Source: the human T2T-CHM13v2.0 reference genome, Homo sapiens
Assembly (NCBI RefSeq): GCF_009914755.1
Contig: NC_060925.1
Reading direction: 5' to 3' (one strand)
Length of the DNA: 64,000 nt
Shown here: piece by piece, positions 1 through 12,879 of the stretch
Numbering within the stretch: the first letter of the stretch is position 1
Layout: each line of letters starts with the position of its first letter
Program-made: the position numbers and the translations under genes
The notes under the pieces: generated by a model
What the model saw: only the letters and a program-made list of their open reading frames with translations
Told to the model about the DNA's origin: nothing
The model's database searches: none

Positions 1-649
1 CTTTTAAAAATAAAATATTTTAGTTAATAAAATTTTTGTTAGTTATATTGACCTTAATTGTATTAAAAATGATTTACGAACATATTTTAGACTAAAATTT
101 ACCTACTAAGAAGTTTATAATTATTTTAATATCTCCATAATTGCTTCCATTATCTTAGTTTTGTCTTGTTTTGTATTCTAATTTTTTCCCTAAACTCTGT
201 CATCTTTAATTATATAATTTGAGTCTCAGTTTTATCTTCTGAAAATGAGGACAATAACCACTATCTGAAGGATTATGTTAAGGATCTTGATAAAATCCAG
301 GAGAATTGTATCTTACATAGATGTTAGGTTCTAGCATCAGTCCTTAAAGAAAAATAAAAATCTTTAGTAAAAAACTACCCTTTAAACAAACCCTAAATTT
401 AAGATTCAAACAAACCTTAAATTTTCCATAAAGAAGAAAATTATGGTTTTGGTGATGCAATCCTTACACAGCTCCACAATATTTATCTCTTAGGGCAAGA
501 TGTGTTTCAGAATTCAGAATAGTTTGTATTTTACAAAATGAATAGGTGCGATATAACTTTTCAAGTAATGCTTTACATGGGTTTCTCCCAGAACACTGTG
601 ATCAGGCACATTGATATTTCTCCAATGTAAATGCGTGCAGGAATTATGC

Positions 650-2795
650 AGATGTTTATTGGAAGAGCTATTAAGCTAGAGGGAATATTAGGTACAAAGT
701 CACTGAGTTGGAGAACATTTTGGTGTTTAGGAAAATAATATAGAAGCAAGGTGTGCCTGTGTCAGTGTGCATAGGTAGAAGAGTGAGAGAAAAGTTGATC
801 ATGGAGATGGCAGTGGGTCTGAACTGTCTGGCTATGTTGGCCACTGAATGGACTGTGGCTATGACTGAAAATACAATGTGAAATCATTGAGAGCTTTGAG
901 TATGGAGGTGATGTGATTTGTTTTACATTTTAAAAAGATAACTTTGACTTCTGTATTTAGAGTAGACAGGGATATGGATGGAACTAAAAACAAAAGCAGA
1001 GATGGGTTAAAAGGACTTGAAGAAAATTCGGTGAATCAGATTAGTAAACGTGGAGGTTTTTTTGGGGGGATGGATTTTAAGGAACAACTAATACGGCTTT
1101 CTAATGGGTTAGATATGGGCTGTAAACAAAAAAAATGAGTTCACTACAGATTTTTAGTTTCAACAACTCAAAGGATAAGATTGTCATTTACTGAGATGAA
1201 GAATATTGCAAAATCTGCTGATTTTAATATAAAAATATTATGACATTTGTGGCTAGGTATAGTTCATATGTCTACTAGATAACTGTATGGAGATATCAAA
1301 TAGGTTACTAAGTCTTGAGATCAAGATAACTCTCTAGACTGGAGATATACATTAAAGAGTCCTCAGTAAGGTGATTATATATAAAATCATGAGATTGAAT
1401 GATGTTATAGAGAGAAGGGGTAATGACATTATAGAAGAAACAAAGAAGAGTTACTAGGTCTAAACACTTGGTCTAAGTTTGACCTTTGGATATCTGTGAG
1501 AGTACTAAGATCCACAAAGAAGACTTAGAAAGAACAATGTAGAGTGTGAGAAAGAGTGATGTCCTGGGACCAAATGAACAACATGTTTAGAAGAGGAGGT
1601 AATGAATAATTATATGAAAGATCAAGTAAGACACTAACTGGGAATTGACCATTGAATAAAGAAATATGGAAGTCACTGGTGGCCACCAAAAAAGTTGCCT
1701 CATTGGTATGTAGTAGATATTAAAGACTAATTGAATGAGTTCAAGAAAATATAAGAATAGAAAAATTAGAAAATATGAAGGTAGACAGAAATTTTGAGGT
1801 GATTTTCTGTTAGATGGGAAGAGAAATGGGATACTAGTTTTAAGGAAACATAGGTTCAAGGGAGATATATATTCCCTACACAGAAGCTAAAAAAATACTT
1901 CACCAAAAGTTATGGTAGTGGTCGTAGTGGTCATGAATCAGCAGAAGGGTCAATATATGATATAGGACAGAGAATTGTTGGATTGACTTTCCTGAGACAG
2001 GTGGAAGTGGACAGGATCCGGTGCATGAGCAGAAGGTCTGACATTGCTTGGAATATACACAATACTTCTACGGTAACAGAAGGGGAGGCAAAGTATATGA
2101 CAACAGATGCAGATGCAGGTAAGTGGAGATATATTAAGACAGTAATTTATGGAATGTGATTGCAACAATGTTCTCAACGAAATAAGGAAGGAAGGTGTTC
2201 AGTTCAGAAGGAAGAATGGGGAGACAATTTTGTAGGTTGGTGGAAAGGGAACATAAAAATAAGAAAGAGTCCTAGGAGAGTGGGTATATTGAATAACCTA
2301 GGGACAAGTAGTAAAGCAGAAACAATAGTCATTAACTAAAATGAGAACTGTTGGCATCACAATGTGTTTCTCCAGTAAGTTAAGGTGCCCAAGGGGATGC
2401 ACAGAGTAGGTGAAGAGTTGAATTTTACTAGCATTTACTTTTAACAGGAGAATAAAATAAAGAAAGAGAGATACAAAGAAGTGAATGTACATGCAGGGGA
2501 ATCACTAGAATGACAGACCTTTGAATCAAACCTGGATAAAGAAGGAAGTTTTAAAAGTCAGGGAAGAACCCTGAAAAAAAAGTGATATATTGAATAGATT
2601 ATACATATTTAAGCGAACAGAAAAGTGTAGGGTAATTGGACTAGCAGGACTGGCCCTGCAATATAAGAGGTGTTCTTAAGAAGTAAATGCTTGAAAGTGT
2701 GATTGTGGAGGGCAGCTGTTATTGGAAGTAAAAATGGGCAGCCTATGCCTTGCATAGGGTACTGAATTAGGATGGAAGAAAAAAATATCTTGAGA
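650..2795 (-). mobile_element. L2 LINE remnant (old, degraded)
   Basis: Purine-rich tract with typical antisense-L2 motifs, e.g. 'aaatcattgagagctttgagtatggaggtgatgtgatttgttttacattttaaaaagataactttgact' and 'ttgtcatttactgagatgaagaat'; boundaries approximate. Confidence 0.75.
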
Positions 2796-2803
2796 AGAGA
2801 AAG

Positions 2804-3090
2804 TTTTTATTTTTTTAAATTATACTTTAAGTTCTAGGGTACATGTGCACAACGTGCAAGTTTGTTACATATGTATATATGTTCCATGTTGGTTTGCTGC
2901 ACCCATCAACTCGTCATTTACATTAGGTATTTCTCCTAATGCTATTCCTCCCCTTGCCCCCCACCTGCTGACAGGCCCTAGTGTGTGATGTTCCCCTCCC
3001 TGTGTCCATGTGTTCTCATTGTTCAACTCCCATTTATGAGTGAGAACATGCTGTGTTTGGTTTTCTCTTCTTGTGTTACTTTGCTGAGAA
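2804..3090 (-). mobile_element. 5'-truncated L1PA (PA6/7-like) 3' end
   Basis: Poly-T then 'tatactttaagttctagggtacatgtgcacaacgtgc...gtgagaacatg...ttgctgagaa' = reverse complement of the L1PA 3'UTR; no clear TSD. Confidence 0.92.
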
Positions 3091-5103
3091 GGTTCAGAAG
3101 AGGGTGTCTGAGTCATGGTATACGTCGCATATTTAACACCAGCCAGAGAATTTTTAACACCCCCTCTTCTATATACCAAAATTATTTTGAGTGATAACCA
3201 TAAAAATCCATAGAAATGATCAACACATGTACACACAAAAATTGCTTAAATTTGTCTTTTATTAAAGTTTCATGTACAATCATTAACTATTATAACACTG
3301 GAAGAACACAAACAATTCCCAACAATTTCAAACCATGATGAACTTTTTCTCAAAATGAACACATGTAGTCAACTTTAAATGTGTGGGGGCCAACTATATA
3401 TATAAGTAGGAGTTCTATTAATTAGCTTCTGTGTGCATTAAAATGTTTATTAAACATTAATAAAACTATGTTAGTTTAAAGCTAACTATAGATTAAATTT
3501 TAAAACTAATAATAAGCACAATTGATTAGAATGTAGCCCATTAAAAGATTTTTGAACATTGACATTGCTTAGAAATGCTGCCACATAGTGATAATAACAA
3601 GCAGACCAAATTCGCTCAGTTTTTTTATTGTTTTAAAATCCTCCAAAGACAATTTTACCTTTATTACCTGTACCTGGGGTAGAATGCTCTTATTACTCTA
3701 CTCTTAGTGTATCCAGGAAATTGGGTATCTTGAAGATATCGAAAACACTCAAAGAGAAGATTAGTGGTGGAGAAAATTACAGTAGCTGGGTTTACAATCT
3801 AAAATGGAGGGTGAGTTACCCAAGTATTCCCAGAAATACCTGCAACAAGGATAGTAATTAGTGGTATAAGGTCATGGCACAAGCTTTTCCTATGCTGTAT
3901 GTTTTAAAAGAGAATGTGTTGCCATATATGAACATGGCAATGAAAAGAAAGATGTACTGTTGCTGTATTCAAGGATGAGTGATATAGGAGAGAAAGTCAT
4001 TGCCCCTTGAGAGGACTGCATAGAAGGTGGTATCATCACAATGCATCTAGCATCCAGCCTTCCCAGATGTACAGGATGGTGCTCATCTCCATTTATCTAG
4101 GCGGAATAAAAAAGTATAATATGAAATAGATGGTAAATATCTCACATAACACTGTCACCTTTATCTTCTCCTACATGTAGTTTTTAAACATTCCCATCCA
4201 AAATAAGATGTGAGTTGTGTTTGTATATGCATATGTGTTCATGTTGTTGGCAGTGGGGTGTGTGGGCGGCAATTTCTAAGATTTATGAGGAGCCATAATG
4301 TACTGGTAACTTTCCATTCTCCATCAAGTGATACATGCCTAACATTGTTTTATTCAAGAAACAAAATACAGCCCAAATATTGAGGGTTTTTCACCCCAAG
4401 TAGCACACTTCCCACTGCCTCTCTAAATGTAATACAGATCATCCAGAATCCACAAAATGCCTTGATTTCTCTGCAGGCAGTCTTGCTTCAGTTGCTTCCT
4501 GGGGCAGTAAAGTTTCACACCACCTTATTATCAGATACGCATATAGACGTATAGGGAGAGACGGCAAATAAATTCCTCTCCTTGGAATATCAAAGTTAAA
4601 TTTTACCAAGTTGAGGAGCAAGATGACAGAATATAAAGCTCCACTGATTATCCCCCCAGCAAGGACATCAAGTTAACAACTATCTACACAGAAAAAAAAA
4701 AGTCACCTTTATAAGAACCAAAAATTAGGTGAGAACTCATAGCACCTTGTTTTAAATTCATATCACTGAAAGAGACACTGTAGAGGTAAAAAAAAATTCC
4801 CGTATCACTGACACCATCCTTTCCCTCACCCCCAGGAGCAGACAGAAGCCTGGTGTAGAGGGCATCTCTGAGCCCTGAGGGAAGGGAGAACACAGGAATT
4901 CAGCACTGAGCTAAACTCAGTGCTGCTTTATTAGAGCAGAAGGGAAAACCAGACCAAACTCAGCTGACACCTGCCCACAGAGGGAGCATTTAAACCAGCC
5001 CTAGCCAGAGGAGAATCTCAGCAGACTGAACTTGAATGTTTGCAAACCTCGCCATCAAGGGCCAAGTGCTCTCAGTCTCTAAATAAACTTAAAAAGACGT
5101 CTA

Positions 5104-5401
5104 GGCTGGGTGTGGCTGCTCACCCTTGTAATCTCAACACCTTGGGAGGTCAAGGCTGGTGGATCTCCTGAGGTCAGAAGTTGGAGACCAGCCTGGCCAA
5201 CATGGTGAAACCCCGCCTCTACTGAAAACATAAAATAATTAGCCGGGTGTAGTGGCACACGCCTGTAATCCCAGCTACTCGGAAGGCTGAGACATGAGAA
5301 TCGCTTGAACCCAGGAGGTGGAAGTTGTCATAAGCCGAATTTCTGCCACTGTACTCCAGCCTGGGTGACAGAGCGAGACTCTGTCTCAAAAACAGAAAAA
5401 A
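5104..5401 (+). mobile_element. AluS (Sx/Sz-like) inserted in L1MA1 5'UTR
   Basis: Dimeric Alu, A-rich tail, degenerate TSD ending 'gtcta'. Confidence 0.95.
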
Positions 5402-7813
5402 GGGAAGTCTAGGCCACGAGGACTGAAACTTAGGTGAGTCCAAGGGCTGAACTAGGCCCAGAGACAGTAGACTGGAAGGGCATTTGGATTTATGGGATAC
5501 CAGCTGGAGTAACCAAGGGAGTGTTAGCATCACCGCTCCCCTAACCACAGGCTGCACAGCTCCCAGCTTTAAAAGAGACCCCTTCCTTCCACTTGAGGAG
5601 AGGAAAAAGAAGAGTGGGGGAGACGTTGTCTTGCATCTTAGATACCAGCTCAGCCACAGCAGGATAGGACACTCGTCAGAGTCTTGAGGCCCCCTGTGCC
5701 AGGCCGTTGCTCCCAGAAAACATTTTGAGACACATACTGGGCCAGAAGGGAATCTGCTGTCTTGAAGGAAAGGGCTCAGTTCTGCCAGCATTGATCACCT
5801 GCTAACTGAAGAGCCCTTGACCCCTGAATAACCAGCAGTGCATTATTCCAGGAGCAGGTACTATGTCCAGGGCCTAGATAAGCCTCTGAGACTTGCTGGC
5901 TTCAGGTGAGATTCACCACATTACCAGCTGTGAGAGCTATGGGGCAAAATTCCTTTTGCCTGAGGACAGCAGAGGGAAAAGTAAAGGGGACTTTGTCTTG
6001 CACCTAAGGTACCAACACCATAACGGGGGGTAGAGGACCAAGTAATGTCTTGGGGTCCCCAACTCAAGGACTTGATTCTTGGACAGCATTTCTGGGCCTT
6101 CCATGGGCCACAGGGGAGCCCACTGCCAGGAAGAGTGAGCCCCAAGCCAGGCAACATTCACCACAAGCTGACTTAAGAGATCTTGGGCCTTAAGGAAATA
6201 TCACTGGTTATCTGGAAGTACCCCTTGTGGCCAGGGTTGGCAGTGGCTACTGAGTGAGGCTCTTCTGCCTTTGGAAAGGGGAGGGAAGAGTGGGAAGGAC
6301 TGAATCTTATGGTTTGAGTGCCAGCTCAGCCACGGTACAGGAGAACACCAGGCAGAATGCCATGGTTTTTTACTCTAGTCCTTGATTTCCAGATGGCACT
6401 TCTGGGCCCACCTGAGACCTTGAAGACCTCGCCACACTAAAGGGATAGACACAGGCCTAGCAGGCTTTGCCACCGGCTCACTGTAGAGCCCCAGGCTCTT
6501 GAGAAAACATATGCAGAAGCCAGGGAGGTGTTATAGCAGACCTTGGGCAAGACCCAGCACTGTGCTGGCTTCAGGTCTCACCCAGCACAGTCATAGTGGT
6601 GGTGGCCACAGAGGTACTTGTGTTACTCTACACCCAGATTTAAGTGACTGAGAACAGAGAGACTGTATATTTGAGAGAAAGTAAAGGAAGAGAGCAGGAC
6701 TCTCTGCCTGGCAATCCAGGTAATTTTCTCACATCTTGCCCAAGACCATGAAGGCTGTACCTCTACAACACAGCATTACTGGACTTGGGATGCCTGTTAA
6801 AGCAGGTACTGCTTAGGTCACAACACCCAAGTCCTTTTAAATATCTAGAAATATTTCCTCCAAAGGATGGCTGCAAATAAGCACAGACAGTGAAGATAAC
6901 AATAAATACCTAACCCTTCAATGCCCAGACACCAAAGAACATCCACTAGCATCAACACCATCCCGAAAACCATAACCTCAACAAATGAACTAAATAAGGC
7001 ATCAGGGACCAATCGTGGAGAAACAGAGATTGAAATTTGAAATAACTGTGTTGAGGAAACTCAAATACATTCAAGAAAACATACAGAAGGAATTCAGAAT
7101 TCTACAAGATAAATGTAACAGAGAAGGAAACAATTAAAAACAACCAAGGGGAAATTCTGGATTTGAAAGATACAACTGCCATACTGACTAATGCTTTTGA
7201 GTCCTTTAAGAGCAGAATGAATCAAGCAGAAGAAAGAATTAGTGAGCTTGAATACAGGCTATTTGAAAATATACAGTAAGAGTAGACAAAAGAAAAAAGA
7301 ATAAAAAACAAGGAAGCATGCCTACATGTTCTGGAAAATAACCTCAAAAGTGTAAATCGAAGAGATATTTGTCTTAAAGAGGATGGAGAGTAATATATGG
7401 GTTATAAAGTTGATTCAAAGGGATAATAACAGAGAACTTCCCAAACCTACAGAAAGATATTCATATCCAAGTACAAGAAGGTTATAGAACACCAAGCAGA
7501 TTTAACCCAAAGAAGACCATCTCAAAGCATGTAATCAAACTCACAAAGGTTAAGGATAAAGAAAGGATTCTAAAAGCTGCAAGAGAAAAGAAACAATTAA
7601 TATACAATGGAGCTGTAATATGTCTGGCAGCAGACTTTTCAGTCAGACTTTTCAGTAGAAACCTTACAGGCCAAGAGAAAGTGGCAGGACATATTTAAAG
7701 TGTTCAAGGGAAAAATCTTTTACCCAAGAATAGAACAACTGGTGAAAATATCCTTTAAAAATAAAGGAGAAATAAACACTTTTCCAAACCAAAAAAAGTT
7801 GAGGGATGTTATT

Positions 7814-8755
7814 GTGAATAGTGCTGCAGTAAACGTACATGTGCATGTGTCTTTATAGCAGCATGATTTATAATCCTTTGGGTATATACCCAGTAATGGG
7901 ATGGCTGGGTCAAATGGTATTTCTAGTTCTAGATTCTTGAGAAATCACCACACTGTCTTCCACAATGGTTGTACTAGTTTACAGTCCCACCAACAGTGTA
8001 AAAGTGTTCCTATTTCTCCACATCCTCTCCAGCACCTGTTGTTTCCAGACTTTTTAATGATTGCTATTCTAACTGGTGTGAGATGGTATCTCATTGTAGT
8101 TTTGATTTGCATTTCTCTGATGGCCAGTGATGATGAACATTTTTTCATGTGTCTGTTGGCTGCATAAATGTCTTCTTTTGAGAAGTATCTGTTCATATCC
8201 TTCGCCTACTTTTTGATGGGCTTTTTTTTCTTGTAAATTTGTTTGAGTTCTTTGTAGATTCTAGATATTAGCCCTTTGTCAGATGGATAGATTGCAAAAT
8301 TTTTCTCCCATTCTGTAGGTTGCCTGTTCACTGGAACCAACCCAAATGTCCATTAATGATATCCTGGTTTAAGAAAATGTGGCACATATACACCATGGAA
8401 TATTATGCAGCCATAAAAAAGGATTAGTTCATGTCCTTTGTAGGGACACGGATGAAACTGGAAAACATCATTCTCAGCAAACTATCGCAAGGACAAAAAA
8501 CCAAACACCGCATGTTCTCACTCATAGGTGGGAATTGAACAATGAGAACACTTGGACACAGGAAGGGGAACATTACACACTGGGGCCTGTTATGGGGTGG
8601 GGGGAGGGGGGAGGGATAGCATTAGGAGATATACCTATTGTAAAAGACGAGTTAATGGGTGCAGCACACCAACATGGCACATGTATACCTATGTAACAAT
8701 CCTGCACGTTGTGCACATGTACCCTAGAACTTAAAGTATAATAAAAAAAAATTTT
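7814..8755 (+). mobile_element. L1PA4/5-like, 5'-truncated with 5' inversion (inverted part ~7810-8332, sense part ~8332-8755)
   Basis: Antisense ORF2 3' segment switches to sense at 'tgcctgttcac|tggaaccaacccaaatg'; poly-A; direct repeat aaaaaaagttgagggatgttatt at 7791-7813 and 8756-8778. Confidence 0.95.
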
Positions 8756-11649
8756 AAAAAAAGTTGAGGGATGTTATTAACACCAGACCTATCCTCCAAG
8801 AAATGCTAAAGGGAGTACTTCAATTAAAAAGAAGAGGAAATTAATGAGCAATTAATACCACTTGAAGGTAAAATACTTACTGGTAATAGTAAATACACAG
8901 AAAAACACATAATATTATAACACTGCAACTGTGGTGTGTAAACTATTTTTATCCTAAGTGGAAAGAATAAATGATGAACTTATCAGAAATAATAACTACA
9001 ACCACTTTCCAAGACATAGTACAAAAAGATGCAAATAGAAACAATAAAAAGTTAAAAAGCAGAAGATGAAGTTAAGGCAAGTTTTTATTTGTTTTATTTT
9101 TGCTTGATTGTTTGCTGGTTTATGCTTATAGCATTAAGTTGTTATCAGGTTAAAATAAAGGGTTATAAGAGTATTTCCAAGCCTCATGGTAACTGGAAGC
9201 CAAAAAAACATACAATGGATACACAAAAAATAAAAAGCGAGAAACTAAATTATATCACCAGAGAAAATCATTTTCATTAGAGGAAGACAAGAATGAAAGA
9301 AAGAAGGAGAGAAGACCACAAATCAACCAGAAAGCAAACAACAAAATGCCAGGAGTAAGCTCACACTTACCAACAATAACAGTGAATGAAGGAAAAAACA
9401 AGACCCAATGATCTGTTGCCTACAAGAAACACACCTCACTATAAAGACACACAGAAACTGAAAATAAAGGAATGGAAAAAGATATTCCATGCCAATGGAA
9501 ACCAAAAAATAGCAGAAGCTGCTACAATTATTTTTGACCAAAAAAAAATTTTAAGACAAAAACTATGAGAAGAGACAAAGAAGGTCACTATATAATGATA
9601 AAGGGGATAATTCAGCAGTAGGATATAGCATGTTTAAATATATACACACCTAACATTGGAGTACCCAGACATATGAAGAAAATATTATTAGAACTAAAGA
9701 GATAGATAGACTCCAATACAATAATAACTGGAGACATCAACACCTCACTTTCAGCATTGGACAGATATTCCAGACAGAAAATTAACAAAGAAATATCAGA
9801 CTTAATCTGCAATATGGACCGAATGGATCTGAGATATTTGCAGAATATCTCATCCAAGAGCAGGAGAATGCACATTCTTTTCTTCAGCACATGTTATTCT
9901 CAAGGATAGGTTATATGTTAGGTCAAAAAACAACTCTTAAAACATTCAAAAAATTGAAATGATATCAAGCATCTTCTCTGACCGCAATAGGATTAAACTA
10001 GAAATTAATAACAAGAGAAATTTAGGAAACCATACAAATAAATGGAAATTAAACAATGAGCTCCTCAATGACCAGTGGATCAATAAAGAAATTAAGAGGG
10101 AAATTGAAAAACTTTCTTGAAACAAATAAAGACAGAAACAAAAGATAACGAAACCTGTGGGATACAGTAAAAGCAATACTAAGAGGGAACTTTTTAGTTA
10201 GAGGTATGTACATAAAAAAAGAGGAAAAACTGCAAATGAACAATCTAACAATGCATTCTAAAGTACTAGAAAAGAAAGAGCATTCCAAACACAAAATTTG
10301 TAGAAGAAAAGAAATAATGAAGATCACAGCAGAAATAAAGGAAATTGAATAAAACGATACAAAAAAATCAATAAAAGAAAAAGTTGATTTTTTCCAAAAG
10401 TTAAACAAAATTGAGAAACCTTAGGCCAGACTAAGGAAATAAGAAAGAAAATCCAAATAATTAAAATAAGAAATTAAAAGGAGAGATTACAACTGATACT
10501 GTAGAAATGCAAGGGATCATTAGTGACTACTATGAACAACTACATGCCAATAAATTGGAAAATCTAGAAGAAATGGACAAATTTCTAGATACACACAACC
10601 TGCCAAGATTGAACCAGGAAGAAATCCAAAACCTGAACAGACCAATAATGAATAATGAGACTGAAGCCCAGTATAGAAAATCTCGGGACCTGGTGGCTTC
10701 ACTGTTGAATCCTACCAAACATTTAAAGGAGAACAAATAATCCTATGCAAATTGTTCTGAAAAAATAGAGAAGGAAACACTTCCAAACTCATTCTACAAG
10801 ATCAATATTAACCTGATATCAAAATCAGACAAAGACACATTAAAACAAAACAAAGCAAAACAAAACAAAAAAGCAAAACAAACAAACAAACAAAGAACTA
10901 CAGGCCACTGTGTCTAGTGAATATCGATGCAAATGTTCTCAACAAAATACTAGCAAATCAAATTCAACAATACATTAGAAAGTCATGACTGACTGAGATT
11001 TCTCTCTGGGATGTAAGGATGGTTCAACATATGCAAACCAATCAATGTGATATACCATATCAACAGAATGAAAGCTAGAAACCATATGATCATGTCAATT
11101 GATGCTGAAAAGCAATTGAAAAATTCAGCATCTGTTTATGATAAAAATTCTGAAATAACTGGGGATAAAAGGAACATACTTCAACATAATAAAAGCCATA
11201 TATAAGAAATTCACAGCTAGTATCATACTGAATGAGGAAAAACTGAGGGCCTTTCCCCTAAGATCTGGAGCATGACAAGGATACCCACCGTCACCCTTAT
11301 TATTAAACATAGTGCTGGATTTCATATCCAGAGCAATCAGACAAGAGAAAAAGTAAAAGGCATCAAAATTGGGAAGAAAGAAGTCAGATTATCTTTGTTT
11401 GAAGTTGACATAATCCTAGGTTTGGAAAATACTAAAGACTCCACAAGAAAAAATTTACAACTGATAAACAAATCAAGTTAAGTTGCAGTACAAAATAAAC
11501 ACACAAAAAGCAATAGGATTTTTATATGCCAACAGTAAATAATGTGAAAAAAATTTTAAAAAAGTAATTCCATTCACAATAATCACCCATAAAATTAAAT
11601 ATCTAGGATTAATTAAGGAAGTAAAATATCTCAATGATAAAAAATTATT

Positions 11650-11954
11650 GACCAGGCATGGTGGCTCAGACCTGTAATCCCAGCACTTTGGGAGGCTTAG
11701 GCGGCCAGATCATGAGGTCAGGAGTTCGAGACCAGCCTGGCCAACATAGTGAAACCCAGTCTCTACTTAAAATATAAAAATTAGCCAGGCATGATGGCAC
11801 ATCGCTGTAGTCCCAGCTACTCAGGAGGCTGAAGCAGGAGTATTTCTTGAACCCGGGAGGCAGATGTTGCAGTGAGCTGAGATTGCACAACTGCACTCCA
11901 GCTTGGGTGACAAAGGAAGACTTCATCTCAAAAAAAAAAAAAAAAAACAAAAAA
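11650..11954 (+). mobile_element. AluS (Sg-like) inserted in L1MA1 ORF2
   Basis: 'gatcatgaggtcaggagttcgagaccagcctggccaac', long poly-A, TSD aaaaattat/aaaaactat. Confidence 0.95.
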
Positions 11955-12209
11955 CTATAATACACTGATAAAAAGAAATCGAAGAAGACACCAAAAAATG
12001 GAAAAATATTCCATGTTCATGAATTGGAAGAATAAATATTACTAAACTCCCCCACACAATCCACAGATTCAATGCAATCCCTATCAACATACCAATGACG
12101 TTCTTCATAGAAATAGAAAAAACAATTCTAAAATTCATATGGAACCACAAAATACCCAGACTAGCCAAAGCCATCCTAAGCAAAAAGAACAGAACTGAAT
12201 GAATCACAC

Positions 12210-12879
12210 TGTGTCCAGAATTGGTTCATTCCGGTGGGTTCTTGGTCTCTCTGACTTCAAGAATGAAGCTGCAGACCCAAGCGGTGAGTGTCACAGTTCT
12301 TAAAGATGGTGTGTCCGGAGTTTTTTCCTTCAGATGTTCAGATGTGTCCAGAGTTTCTTCCTTCTGGTGGGTTTGTGGTCTTGCTGACTTTAGGAGTGAA
12401 GCCACAGACCTTTGCAGTGAGTATTACAGCTCTTAAAGTTGGCACGTCCAGATTTGTTTTTTCCTCATGGTGGGTTTGTGGTCTCACTGACTTCAGGAAT
12501 GAAGCCACAGACCCTCGTGGTGATTGTTACAGCTCATAAAGGTAGTGCGGACCCAAAGAGTGAGCAGCAGCAAAATTTATTGTGAAGAGCAAAAGAACAA
12601 AGCTTCCACAGCATGGAAGGGGCCCGAGCGGGTTGCCACTGTTGGCTTGGTTGGCCAGCTTTTATTCCCTTATTTGGCCCTGCCCACGTCCTGCTGATTG
12701 GTCCATTTTACAGAGTGCTGACTGGTCCATTTTACAGAGGGCCAATTGGTGCATTTTAACAGAGTGCTGATTGGTGCATTTACAAACCTTTAGCTAGACA
12801 CAGAGCACTGATTGGTGTGTTTACAATCCTTTAGCTAGACAGAAAAGTTCTCCAAGTCCCCACCTGACCCAGAAGCCCA
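12210..12879 (-). mobile_element. LTR12 (ERV9) solo LTR, short LTR12/LTR12F type
   Basis: Starts 'tgtgtccagaattggttc', U5 repeats 'ggtgggttcttggtctc..ctgacttcaagaatgaagc', 'ggacccaaagagtgagcagcagc', repeated 'ctgattggt' (CCAAT on minus strand), 'aaagttctccaagtccccac'. Confidence 0.93.

Noticed and set aside
470-640. Possible Tigger/MER46-like fragment
   Set aside because: Too degraded to assign without a database search
5219-5791. 190-aa minus-strand ORF
   Set aside because: Reads through L1 5'UTR and an antisense Alu; chance ORF
12230-12540. Spaced direct repeats superficially like a CRISPR array
   Set aside because: They are the internal U5 repeats of LTR12 in a primate nuclear genome; no cas genes or unique spacers
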